Source: Mustelus asterias (lineage: Eukaryota). Taken from it: a stretch of 64,000 nt of DNA. Each line of letters starts with the position of its first letter. Position 1 is the first letter of the stretch. The stretch spans positions 41,044,001 through 41,108,000 of the forward strand of contig NC_135810.1 of the NCBI RefSeq assembly GCF_964213995.1, read 5' to 3'. The notes below the pieces were generated by a model. It was given only the letters and a program-made list of their open reading frames with translations, was not told the origin of the DNA and ran no database searches. Positions 13,480-25,900 of this stretch are shown here, in pieces. The translations under genes were made by a program, and so were the position numbers.

Positions 13480-14880
13480 TGATCTTGAAATAGAAGGAAA
13501 TAATAACATATTTGAAGCAGAAATTGGTAAAGTGCAGTCTGCATTTAGACCTGGAATAGGAACAGGACATTAAATATTTAACATAAGAAAAATCATTGAT
13601 AAATATCTAGAAGTAAACAAGAATATTTACGTACATTTCATAGACAATGAGGAAGTGTTCAGTTATTTATCTCCAAGAATTAATAGACATGTTGCCGAAA
13701 TGTGACATTGACAGTAAAGATGTGAGATTTACCCAGATATTGGAACACCATCATCATAGAAGATGGACAATCAGATATGTTTCAAGAAAAGAGAACAGTA
13801 TGGCAAAGCTGTGTATGCGACCAAAATTCTTTAGAGATACTCCAGGGGTAAAAGTTGGAGACAAGGACATAACAAACTCCTTGTATGCTCATGACATGGT
13901 GCTAGTTGCTGAATCAAAAGAGGCCCTACAAAATATTGTAGATTAAGTAAAATGTGGAAGTTTAGAATATGGATTGAGTCTGAATGTCAGAAAGACAAAA
14001 ACAATATTCATTAGAAGGGATATATTAGAAGAAACTAGAGTAAAATTTTAAGTGGATGGTGTCACATTGGAAAAAGTAAATGGTTTGTCTATTTAGGACA
14101 AATGAGAACAGAAGATGGTAGATGTGATGCTATGTCAGAAGGTTAGAGATAGGCAGAATTAATTCAGTGAAGATGAAGGATGTATTAGCAACAAGAAAAT
14201 TCAAGTTGGTAACTTTATTAGTGTGTTGTTGGGTTGGAGTAGTTTCAATAACACTTGAAGACCGCTAGCTGCAAATACTCCAACTTTATAAATACTCTAA
14301 CTTTGTTATATTTACAGTTATGAGAACACTTCCTTACACTGACTTCTTTCCATGTTGCTTTCTCCTTAAACTCTGGGACCATATGAGTATTTATGTCACT
14401 TCCTTCTATTACATCAGTTAAGTAGGTGATCAGTAGGCACAGTTAATCCTTTGTAGGACAGTCTAACATACTCCATTACATTATAGTAACAAGGAAAAAA
14501 GCTCAGAAGAAGTTGTATTCTATCCACTTTCCTAGTTCAGAAACTTGAACAGTAAATAAAGATCTGTGGAAAAAAATAGAGATCTTATGTGGATGTCAAT
14601 ATATGCTTAAAATACCATAAACAGACAGTTAGACAGATTACAAGAACAAAAAGAACTCTAAAAATTGACATCCAGAAAAGAAAATGTTAATATTTCAGCC
14701 TTTTAAACAGAGCTGAAAATGTATAGTGATCTCTTCTGGAAGGCAAAATGGAGGGCAACAGAAAGAGGGGTCACCCTAGGCGTAGTTGATTATGGTGGTT
14801 GCAGACCAGTTAAGATGAGCTACAGTGGATATGTGAGGATGGTGCAAAACAGATGAGTGTGACATACCATGACAACAGAT
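13480..14880 (+). mobile_element. RTE-clade LINE RT remnant (decayed)
   Basis: QSAFRPGIGT..IFNIRKIIDKYLEVNKNIYVHFID; YAHDMVLVAESKEALQ (YADD equivalent); GLSLNVRKTK; many stops and frameshifts. Confidence 0.8.
14224..14480 (-). mobile_element. Probable solo LTR inserted in RTE
   Basis: Minus strand reads TGTAATGG...CAACAACA; the whole interruption (14214-14485) is flanked by GTAAC repeats and the RTE frame KFKLV/TRKK rejoins across it. Confidence 0.5.
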
Positions 14881-16439
14881 CTCCTGGTAGGAGTAATCAC
14901 AAACAGCAAATTATCAACTATGTGCATGTTATTCCTGAGTTGGACACTTTGGTGGACTCGCTGCTAGGATTGTGGCATCACCTCCTTAAATATGAAATAA
15001 AACACAATTTTTGCCTTTGCTTTGAATAATACTCTTTGAGCAAGCACTAAAATGAGTTGAAATAAAATTTGTCACTACATTGTGATTTCACATTGAAGCT
15101 GTAAGATTCATTCTAATAAAATCTGATGTTTCAATCAAGGCAGAGAAAACTTCAGGAAAATTAATTTGATGCCCATTTACATGACAGCAATTAATGTCAG
15201 CTAGCTTAAGAATGTTTTCTTTTCATTACAAATGTTTAATTAATGCAGCTATGTTGTATAAGGGTCCATTCCATCTATTCCAACTATCTCATGCAGCCAA
15301 ATTGAAAATAATGATAGCTATTATTTAATTGCTGTTATATTTAGTAGTTAACTGAGTAATAGTTTATTTAACTATCTACTATAAACTATTATAATAAGTA
15401 ATTTAATGCCATTACAATAATCATTGCTATAAATAATGAATGTAAATTGTGATAATCTGATTATGATAATCAATTGTAATATTTCAGCAAACATGTAAAT
15501 AAGGAACCATAAATAACTAATTAATGAGTTTGTACATGTTTGATAGCATCATAGTTTACACATTATCAATTTGTGATGATTGCTGGCTATAAGAAATTTG
15601 AAGTGCATTACAGCACATTCTCATCCACCATGTCAAGTATATGTTTTAAAAAACTAAACTATTTAGTGTCCATAGTGGTAATTATTGTGAAAGCAGAAGT
15701 GTCACAGTTCACTATAACATTGGGATGTTGGCACGGAATTCCTGATTGTATCTCAGGAACTTGGATTTAGAAAAGTGATGGATAATGCATGCCCAAAATC
15801 CTATTATATATTCCTAGTTGGTGATGGTGCATGGTGAGAGTGTCAATATCATGAGATTGCCTATTGACAATTTCATATACAAAATATAATCTATGATTGT
15901 TAAGATCTTACAGTAATGGAGTGGACACTTAATTAAACTGGTACCATGATCTGATAATATCTGATGCAGTAATAAAAATTAGATAAATGCTTTATTAACA
16001 CATTTAATTACAGACTGCTGATTTCTCATGGCATTGCTCCTGGCAATTTTAAGGATTTGTTGTTTTAGAATGACAGAAGCTCTGTACCATGGAACACACC
16101 ATGGGGGCTAAATTGAGTAACTCCTAAAAACAGGAGAAGGTATTGTGATGCGCAATTAACCTGCTCCCATTCAATGTAATGCAGAGAACATGTCAAATCC
16201 ATATTGTCTGCTCTCTTGGATAACTGCTGTGTACAGCCAGTGCAAATTAAGATGTTAATTGGCCACATTTATCAGTAGGGGTCCAAAATTGTAACTTGAC
16301 TGTACCGCTTTTAGCAAATCTGCTCTTCTAACAAGGGTGGGGCATCATGCTGGGACCGATGCTGGAAATCATGGAGGAAATGAATCTGACCTGAGAAACA
16401 ATGAAGAATTACACATTATGGGAGGCAATGGGCTGCAAA

Positions 16440-16630
16440 GAGTGTCAGTACTGCACAGGAGGCTTTGGCAGAACAAGTGGAAAGTAGGAGGGATGTCTTA
16501 TAACCGTAGGGAGCTAGCTTTTCAGACAGATACTTAAATACAGTGGGAGCAGATAGCCATGAAAATCAATGTTAGGAGTCATGCACCAAAGGACCTGGAT
16601 TGCCGCAATGAAGTTACATGAGTGGTCAAG
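16440..16630 (+). pseudogene. Harbinger Myb/SANT-like DNA-binding protein remnant
   Basis: QWEQIAMKINVRSHAP.RTW motif, followed by a donor-like AAG|GTCAGT. Confidence 0.6.
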
Positions 16631-18329
16631 GTCAGTGAATGCATCTTCGAATGCCATATTCTGCCAACTGGTTTGCAGATCTCAAATACTACCTAAATTC
16701 ACTATCAACCACCCCTATCAGTCAGGACGTATGCCATATATTCATAGCTTCACCTCATTCTCTCACACACAGTATTGCTGCAAGCCACACAACTAAACAC
16801 ATCGCACAACGTTCACTTACACTCCCTCCCTCCTGCAGGTGCACAATAGGAGTTAGTAATAGTTAACAGGAGGATAGGTATGTCTGCATGTCCTAATCTC
16901 CAGTGAGGAGACCGTGCTGGACATTATTGGTACACCCATTGATGAAACTTGAAACCATGACACCGAATTTTCCATCTCACATCCCACTTGCACTTATCTC
17001 TTCAGAAGTTATAAATATGAACCTCTTATTTTCCCTTGGTTCCTGCACTATCAAACCTTGTGCCTTTTCCATTTCATGTATCCAAGAGTACAAGCTGGCA
17101 AGGCAATGGGGGAATACCAAGAAGAGAGTGATGATGTAGACAAAATATTGTCACTTAATTTCACACTCACCTCCACCAGTTCAGATACTGAGACTGCATG
17201 TGAAGCTTTGAGGGTAGTTTAGAGATGGAACCTACATATGGTAAGAAACTGGGCATAAGTGAGCTGCAGCCAGGGCAGGGGACAAAAACAGCACAGGTGC
17301 CAATTCACCAGAGGGCAAGGTTCTACATAGGGTTTTGATGCAAAGCATTTGGATGAATATTTCAATGAGGCAGCCGACAGAAGTAGGTGATCAGTAGGCA
17401 CAACAAAATGATAGTATTTTTGAAACCTGCCAGAAAGCCTGTGTTTAATATGAAAGAGCATGGAGAAGCCCCTAATGAACTTGCACAAGGCTTTGAGCAG
17501 AGATTATAGCCCATTCTCAGCTCACTACCATCTTCTCAAGGGGTGGGCAATAAATGCTGGCCAGTCAGTGATACCCATGCCCCAGTGAATGAATTAGAAT
17601 TATTTCTATCAAAAAAACAATTCTGTTTGCACAGTTATGGATCCAACTAAAACATAGTATCTGATGGCCGATGCCACAGCTTCTGTTGCAGCAGAAGAGA
17701 TGCCTGAGAGCTGCCATGCAAGCTGGAAATGCTGTCACCATGACTCGGGATACCGGTGTTCAAAGGCTCTGCTCGTGTCACAACAGTTCAGCAATCTATC
17801 CTCCAACAGATTACTGGGATGGTTGCGGCACTGCCCTGGGTAGTGGCAGTTGTTCTGTGAAGCATGAAACAGTTGTCCTGTCTTAGGAAGACAGAATTCA
17901 TCCCCTCATCCTATTTTGCCAATTGCCTGTCATGTAGCCAACCTTGCTTTCTGCTGCTTATGCTGAGATGGTACAGTCTGCAGCCTGGTCTTGTGGGCCT
18001 CGAGCTGCTCAAGGTTATCATCCAAGACCTCCACTGAAACAGCAGCCTTCCACCACACTACATCCAATATGGGAGTTCCAGGACAGGCAAGGACACATCA
18101 AAGACGGGCATTAAGAGAATGCACAAGGGTGACTGGTTTACTTTTGTATGCCTTATTTCATTTATAAATTTGGTTTGGAATATTTAATTTGTTATAGTTT
18201 TTATTTTTGTATTGTTGCTAAGCAGAGGCTATTCTGGTTAATGATGGAGAGAAGGTAAGTTGTGGGACTGTTAGCAAATGGGGATCTTTGTGAACTGCTA
18301 TCATATCCGGATGAGTTCTTCATCAACAA

Positions 18330-19170
18330 TCCAAGCAGAAATGGACTCTCTGGGTTACCTCATCCCTTCTTCTTCCTCCTTTTCCTCTTCTTCATGTTCT
18401 TTCACCTCAGTTGTTTGCAGTATAACTGGTGCCTCACCCTTCATGATGACAATGTTCTGCAGATGCACTAGATCACCACTGTTTTTGACATTCACTCTGT
18501 TGAGTAAAGCAGATCTCCACCAGAGAAACCCATGCAGTGGAAGCATTGTTTCAGCACACAATTGGTCTGTTCTATCAAATTCACTTGGCAACATGGCTTT
18601 TATTGATTACCTGCTCCACATGTATGTGGATTGTGCATCGGAAATCGGTCATATCATCAGCACATGGCCCTGTCACCCATTAAGTGCCCGTTAGTTTAGT
18701 GGACTACTAGAATGAAGACACTATAACTACGGCAAGGATACTTTGCATTGAACTGCATGATTCTTTCTCATGGTCACAAACTAGCTGGAGGTTGAGGGAA
18801 TGGGATTCCTTTTGGTCAACTTTTGGGTAAAATTAACATGCAGCATCCAAATATTGTTGTGCATGCAGGCAATGGCACCCTATATCACGTGGAAGCAGAT
18901 AATCCTCGCATAGTCACACTCTAATTCCACCTGCTTGTTTCTCGGAAAACAGAATGAAATATATTCCGCAATTGTGGAGTACGGAGCCTCAGTTGTCTTC
19001 CTTATGGAACAGTGGATGGTGAACTGAGGTGTTACCAGTTCCATCCTGGAAGGGTCCATTCACATAAACATTCATCACTGGGGTCACCTTCACACCTATT
19101 GGTAATGTGGTCCTTCTCCTGATTTAAAGTTGCAATTGTGTCTACAGAAGACAGTACATTTCAGTGCCAA
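18330..19170 (-). pseudogene. Harbinger (HARBI1-like) transposase pseudogene
   Basis: Across frameshifts: LPIGVKVT..GPFQ, GAIACMH (GAIDCTH-like), HSLNLQLVCDH, IEQT..LKQCFHCMGFSGGDLLYS, then an acidic tail. Confidence 0.85.
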
Positions 19171-19853
19171 TGCCCTCAATGAAGTGCAGACATCTCCATT
19201 TAATGTCCCATCACCCCATCCTGTGGAGGCAGGTTCCAAGGTGGGGGAAGCCATTTGATTGAATGGGAGAATGTGAAATAGGCACGCTGCCACCTCCCCC
19301 GGTTAAATCTGGGGCGGGAAAGCTTCCAGGCAGTCATCCCACTCGATGCCAATTGAGGACCTCATACCACCGATGCTCATGTTCAATCAGTGGCAGGTGT
19401 GGAACTTGTCATGTGGAGAGACCCCAAAGAAAATCCTGTCAGGTTTGCTTGTAGCCTGAGAGGAGAATAGGGCTTCCATTGTTTAGTGCATCATTAAAGA
19501 CCCAGCCTCAGTTGTGGTTGTCTACTCTTATGGCATGGCAGTTGCTAAGTACCATGCTCCCCAAATCCCAGAGGAAAACTTGGAACAAGCTGCCAGAGTG
19601 GGTTTGCAATTTGTATATGATGAGGAGTTATCTGAGGTCAACATAAGTAAATTCCAGACCACTTGTGATGATTTTAAATATTAAATTGAAACATTTATTA
19701 ACAATTATGAAAATAAGAAAATAACATTTTAAAACACCAAGAACACTTTTACACAATTAACAGTACTTGACAAACATTGAGAGATAATGGATTAAATGAA
19801 CTCAGAGTTGAAACCCCCCTTTGAGGGCAACAGCCCGTATAGATATTCTAATC

Positions 19854-20175
19854 CAGCGGTTCCTAACCCTTTTCACTATATTGTCATCAAATACTTTTGC
19901 AGATCACAACATACATGAGCCATTTTAGGTTTTATTAATATAACTGATGGTGACAGGAGTCAAACACATATCAACGGGTATTAAAAATGCAGCTATTTCT
20001 AATAGTTTATGATGTACACTCACAAATACATTGCAACTGTCACAGCGCATTTACCTAGGCCTAGGAAACAGATGACGCTTACCGAATGAGAAAGCTGATG
20101 TTTTTTTCCCATGGACCACCTGCAGTACCTTCGCAGACCACCAGTGGTCTGTGGTTCACTGCTTTTTAATCACTG
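19854..20175. mobile_element. hAT (Charlie-like) MITE
   Basis: CAGCGGTT...AATCACTG termini and a perfect 8-bp TSD TTCTAATC (19846-19853, 20176-20183). Confidence 0.85.
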
Positions 20176-20320
20176 TTCTAATCTATCAAATTTCCAGTAA
20201 CATTACCACATAATGTCCTGCTGCTTTCAGGGAAATCTAGAGAGGCTTCTCCGCACAGAGGGTGGTGGCAAAACTGGTGTTCACAGGCCTGGCTTCAACA
20301 CACATTATCTTGGTCAAGAT

Positions 20321-20842
20321 GGGGGCAGCATGTTGGCACAGTGGTTAGCACTGCTGCCTCACAGCACCAGGGACCCGGGTTCAATTCCAGCCTTGGGTCA
20401 CTGTCTGTGTGGAGTTTGTGGTCTCACAACACCAGGTTAAAGTCCAACAAGTTTATTTGGAATAATGCGCTTTCAGAGTGCTGCTCCTTCATCAGATGAG
20501 TGAGCAGTGCTCCGAAAGCTCGTGATTCCAAATAAATCTGTTGGACTTTAACCTGGTGATGTGAGACTTCTTACTGTACCCACCCCAGTCCAATGCCGGC
20601 ATCTCCACATCATGTGTGGAGTTTGCACATTCTCCCCATGTCTGTGTGGGTTTCCTCCGGGTGCTCCAGTTTCCTCCCACAATCCAAAGATGTGCAGGTT
20701 AGGTGGATTGGCCATGATAAATTGCCCCTTAGTGTCAGGGAGATTAACAGGGTAAATACGTAGGGTTATGGGGATAGGGCCTGGGTGGGATTGTTATCGG
20801 TGCAGGCTCGATGGGTCGAATGGCCTCCTTCTACACTGTAGG
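20321..20842 (+). mobile_element. HE1 SINE split by a Penelope-type insertion
   Basis: Head at 20321-20418; core and tail resume at 20613. Confidence 0.9.
20419..20612. mobile_element. Penelope-type fold-back insertion with 13-bp TSD
   Basis: Two inverted ~70-bp arms; TSD TGTGTGGAGTTTG at 20406-20418 and 20613-20625; hammerhead-like CTGATGA...GAAA on the minus strand. Confidence 0.75.
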
Positions 20843-20958
20843 GTTTATTTGATCTCACAATTATTTGTCTCATGGTAAATATGTTTTTCCCTTTAATCTT
20901 CCATTCTATTGTTTCTACAGTCCTCTTTCCAGAATTGATCCACCTTTCTTTTATTCCT

Positions 20959-21148
20959 TTCCTCTGGGTGCTCTGGTTTCCTCCCACAATCCAAAAATGT
21001 GCGGATTAGGTGGATTGGCCATGATAAATTTTGCGGGGTTATGGGTATAGGGCGGGGGAGAGAGTGGGCCTGCGTAGAATGCTCTGCCAGAGAGTCGGTG
21101 CAGACTTGACGGGATGAATGGCCTCCTTCTGCAGGATAGGATTCTATC
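20959..21148 (+). mobile_element. HE1 SINE 3' half (variant subfamily)
   Basis: Core plus a tail with the GTAGAATGCTCTGCCAGAGAGTCGG variant. Confidence 0.8.
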
Positions 21149-22189
21149 AACAACTATATTTATAAAATATACTTTTTTGCTTCACATGATTATGCATTTA
21201 TGATCTCCCAACTGTAAATGTCTTCTTTGAAATCCAACAGTCAACTTTAAAATTACTTCTCTTATCTAACTAATGAAAATTCCTGGTTACGCTGCTTCCC
21301 TAACCCCGTTTATTACCATTTCAATGACTTGCCTTCACCTTCACACCTGCTATATTAATTTGCAATCTAACTATCTCCAGTTTAATTAAACCAGTCACAC
21401 TCATGCTCACACATGCATACTTGTTTCCCAGTATAAGACGATATGGCAATGAGATTGCAAAAAAAAGAACTCTCATTTTCCTCACACTACAGAGAACCAT
21501 CCTCTTACTGACACTGCACCTCCCTCCCCCTCTCCTTCCCCCAAACCCCATTGGCAATCTTCTCTCTCATGGCCCTCTTCTCACCTGCAATTACCTTTTT
21601 TCATAGGTGTAATGATGAACCCCCTGGTGAAAGTCCAATTGTCTTACTGGCAGTAGTCATCACTCCCTGTTTGTAATGAAGAGTTGCCAATAGTGCTTGG
21701 AGGTGATAGATTTCTAATTTACTAGTGAAAGTGCAACGATTAAATGCTCTCCATGGAGTCAGAAACCCCAGCAACAGAGTTCTCAATGCCAATTAGGGAC
21801 TTATTTCCCTCAAACCTCCTGGAGATCAAGTCTGTGGGCATTCACCAGTTTTAGAGGTGCACACTTGGCCCCTCACTGCCCTCATTAAATTCTGCCAAGT
21901 GTTTCATGGTATGAGAATTGCTCCTTGAGCACTCTACTCAGATAACAGTCTCTTTTTGAGGATCCTACTTCCTCCCTCTCCTCTTCCTCCAACTTCCAGC
22001 AGCTTGTCTTGCTCTGCATATCCACTGTTCATTCCCCAAGTATTCAAAATTTGAGCAGAAGTCTTGGTATTAGCAAGAAGTCCTTCTCGAATTCCCTCTA
22101 GAATTTCCCAAATTGAAATTACTTTAGTAGAAAGCATCAAACACTTGCAGAATTGTAAAAACAGCCAGCAAAAGTCAACCAATCACTAT

Positions 22190-22595
22190 CATAGATATCA
22201 ATGTATAAGTTGACCATTGAAGCCTTGAAAAATCAATCCAAAAATGGGGGTTGACTTGTACGCTGAATAAAGAAGTAAACTGCTGGTATGGGTGGTCATT
22301 ATCTTTGTTGTTCGCCACATGGGGTCTGGTCTCTGTGGGAGTGTCTTAAATTCCTGCGTATCTTTGCAACACAGCCAATCTGCTTGTTCCCTTGCCCCCA
22401 GCTATAAGCTATAGGCAAGTAAAACATCCATTTTCAGGATTAAAAATTGAAGCCGACAACTAATCTTAATATAGTATGTCAAGGCTGATAAGGAGGCTCA
22501 ACTTATATACTGAGTTTCTGCAAAAACATGATTTTTGGGGACATAAAAATAGGGTTGTGTTATATGCTGAGTTGGCTTGTACTCCGTGATTTAAG
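22190..22595. mobile_element. Degenerate Tc2/pogo-like MITE
   Basis: Repeated TATAAGTTGAC / TCAACTTATATAC / GGCTTGTACTC subterminal-type motifs. Confidence 0.35.
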
Positions 22596-22719
22596 ATAAT
22601 CTATAAGTATTGGAAAATCCTTTTCAATAGCACTGATGGGGGTGTCCTTCCTTCTGCTAAATGCATAGTTAGCTGTGTAAAGTTAAGAGAAATGTTAACT
22701 GGAAAATTGAACATTAAAA

Positions 22720-23210
22720 TCGCACTTAGACAGTGAGGAGCGAGGAGGTGAAGGGGCAGGTGAAACACCTCCTGCAATATCATGGGTAGGTGCCATATCC
22801 AAGGCCCACCCTTTAACCTATTCCTGACCTCCTGCTTTGCTCCACCACATTTTCGCCCCACCTCCCCAACTTTTTCAAGAGCATGAAACCCATCACATTT
22901 CCACCTCTCTTCAGATCCGAAGAAGCGTCATATTGCATTCAAAAGATTCACTCTGTTTCTCTTTCCACATTTGCTGCTGGGCCAGCTGAATTTTCACAAC
23001 ACTTCCTGTTTTTATTTCAGATCTCCAGCATGTGCATATTTTGCTTTTATAATAGAAACAAAGTGCTGGACATGCTCAGCAGCCCAGGCAGCATCTCTGG
23101 TGAGAGAAGCAATATTTCAGATTGATGACCTTTTATTAGAATGCAGCATTTCCTGTTTTTTCTTATTTTTATCTCAGATTTCCAGTATCCATGGTATTTG
23201 GCTTTTGTTT
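22720..23210. mobile_element. Degenerate Penelope-type terminal repeats in alternating orientation
   Basis: Sense copy about 22915-23047, antisense about 23050-23135, sense about 23145-23205 of the family at 59953-60112. Confidence 0.45.
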
Positions 23211-23600
23211 GAGATGGTAGACTTGTGCCTTGCATCTGAAAGAGAAATATTAATACTAAGCTTAACACAAGAACTACCTCCAAATAGGGAGAACAGGTAA
23301 AGAAATTCTAGTTTCTGACTCACGTTCAAGAACTTATCCAGAAAACCCCATGAAAAAAAGGAGAAAAAAGTACATCTTGAATGGATATTTCCTATATTGC
23401 AACAGGAATTACATTTCAAAAGTATTTAATTGACTATTTGACATGTCCTGAGCTCATGATTTTATAAATATATATTATTTTTCTTTCCTTTTATGAATGC
23501 ATAAGGACAAACTTGTCAAAGCACCCAATAACTTATTGGAAATACAAAACATGACTGTAGAAGGACTTTATGTTGAAATTTTTTGATTGCAATTGTAAAG

Positions 23601-23757
23601 GCAGGATGTCCAAAAGCCAAGTAAAGAGATGCCACTGGTTGTTGATTCGAGAGTCATGCACAATGGAAAATCAGAAGACACAACCAATATAGCGTACGAT
23701 GGTGCAGAAATACCACCACGATTGAGCAGCAGAATTCCTGGAAGCATTGAAGAATGA
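23601..23757 (+). CDS. Possible terminal coding exon of an unidentified host gene
   Basis: AG acceptor candidates at 23600 or 23604 after a T-rich tract; 51 open codons (QDVQKPSKEMPLVVDSRVMHNGKSEDTTNIAYDGAEIPPRLSSRIPGSIEE*); AATAAA at 24015; no repeat similarity noticed. Confidence 0.3.
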
Positions 23758-24121
23758 TGGTACATTGAGGCCAAGAAAATTAGTTTTCAAAACTAGCTTT
23801 GTTACTGGAAAGGCAGACACACACACATCTCATCATGTAAGAACCAAAGATAGAAAGAACATCATTCCTTCAGAATTGAAGCTTCCTTGGCAAATTTAAT
23901 GTGAGTATCAGCATTGACTTCCAGTTGTTGATGTATTTGCATCAATGCTGCAAAGTGAAACCCAAACCACTGTGCCACCCTATGGGACATCAGGTTTTGT
24001 AAATAGTTGCAGAGAATAAAAAAGGAAAGAGGTATTATTTAAATTGCAAGTTAAATGTTGGCCTGGGTTGTTTCTATTGTGGTGGATAGCTTGATTCAGG
24101 AAAGACTCCAGAATGGCACGA

Positions 24122-24452
24122 TGTGGTGAACCATCATTGGTTCCCACCAGGTAGTACTGAGCCAGGGTCTGGCCAGTACTATGAGTCTGTATATATGTTA
24201 CTGTTGGGGTTAGGGTTGGGCTGTTCTACATGTTACTGTTGGGGTTAGGGTTGGGCTGTTCTACCTGTAATATAGTTATTATGGTACATCCCAGTCGGGC
24301 TCCGCCTCCTAGGAGAGGTATAAAGGTCACTGCTCTGTCTGGGACCCCTCAGTCTGGGATCGTGTATTATATATGGTAGCTCTATTGTAGTAGTCAATAA
24401 AAGCCTTTATTTCCTCGAGCATCTCTAGCCTCATGAGTTATATCGCGCATCA
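24122..24452 (+). mobile_element. Solo LTR (331 bp)
   Basis: TG...CA termini, perfect 5-bp TSD CACGA (24117-24121, 24453-24457), TATAAA near 24319, AATAAA near 24396. Confidence 0.92.
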
Positions 24453-25589
24453 CACGATATTCCTGGGATATGGGTGAGGCATGGAGCTGGGTCTAATTAT
24501 GAGCTCACAGTGAGTCATACTCTCACTCCCCCATTCACTTCCCATGGTCCCCTTATAACCTCCATATTCCAACTCTCGCATCCACTGTGGCCAGACCTTA
24601 GGAGTCATGTTGAGATGAAATTAAATAAAGTTCCAAAAAACTAACACAGCCACCACCATATTAAAAAAAACCTCCCATTTCTGAAAGTCCATTCAAACCT
24701 TTTCAATCTCAAGTAGTTAATGCATAACTTATAAATGCAGACATGCTTTCATTCACACCCAACATCAAAAACAGCTCATCCTTTAATAGCTTATTTAAGA
24801 TGTTATTTAAATTTAGAACCCCCCCCCCCACCACTGAACGTTTTTAAAAATCCGCTAAACATTCAAAAAGAGACGCGAGGGGAAATATCACCAAACAGCC
24901 AATGAAATCTAACTCTCATCGCAGTCACCTGCAGTCTATTCTTTTCAGTTTTATAGGGCTGAGGTTTAAATAACTTTACACTATGACAGTTATACAGACC
25001 ATATCCACCCTTCAATATGTCTATTCCATAAATTCATGGCTCCTACACCGTTGATGAAGGCCCGTGTAACAGTCAAAATGGGATCTGCTTGAACTTAGCA
25101 CTGAGGTAAAATGCCCCTGCTGAGTTTGGGTTTCCCTTCTGCATGAATCATGCCCTCCCCCCACCACCCACCCTTGCCCCTAATTTGGATCTATCAAAAA
25201 TGGGGAGAGGAATTCTGCATCCAGATCCCACCCACCATTCTGGAAGCTACACAGTGCCTCCCTGAATCTGTGAAAATTCTGGCCAATTGTGTCCAGTGTT
25301 GGATGTCCTACTTTATTTTGTTAAGGTAATAGCAGGAATGAGAACCTTTAGTTATGATGAAAAACTAAAGAAATTCAGACTGCTTTCCTGATAATAGAGA
25401 AGTTTGAAACAAATCTTCTGGATCCCACAAGGTAGACTAGAAGGCGGGACCAGGAGGAAATTCAGGTATCTTGGCAACAGCGGCAGGTATCCAAATTAAA
25501 TAAGTAATTTACAAAACATTGAAGAACTACTTTTGTAGTTGTGGTGCATCTCTGAATGTATATGCAGTGCCTGCAAAGTAACGTGTGTG

Positions 25590-25900
25590 CAGTCAGTGGC
25601 CCCAAGGAGAAGTCTGCAATCTTGGAAAAAAAACACCTGCTTCTTTCTGGAAAGAGAAAAGTAAATGTATTCCCCTCTGATTGTGGAGGTTCAGCGACCT
25701 CCTTTATACACCAGTGGGTGGCTAGCTGCAAGATTTTGGAGATGTATCCAGGAAGGATCTCAATGCGAGAAAGTTCACAGATGCTGTCACCTTTACAGCT
25801 GTTGAAAATTCTGTCATCGCCTTGCTCTGAGGCTGCAGGTCAGCCTGCAAGAGGTGTCAGAGTTCAGCAAGCATTTTCTTAATTAAATGGAGATGTCACA
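25590..25900 (-). pseudogene. Second Harbinger transposase remnant (N-terminal part)
   Basis: HLLQADLQPQSKAMTEFSTAVKVTASVNFLALRSF...QLATHWCIKEVAE, matching the HARBI1-like HTH region. Confidence 0.7.

Larger units (their letters stand above)
16278..19330. mobile_element. Decayed autonomous PIF/Harbinger transposon (boundaries approximate)
   Basis: Convergent Myb/SANT-like and DDE transposase remnants, the two-gene layout typical of Harbinger. Confidence 0.75.

Noticed and set aside
20321-20395. tRNA genes at the HE1 heads
   Set aside because: They run straight into the SINE core and tail with no complete cloverleaf; they are tRNA-derived SINE promoters.
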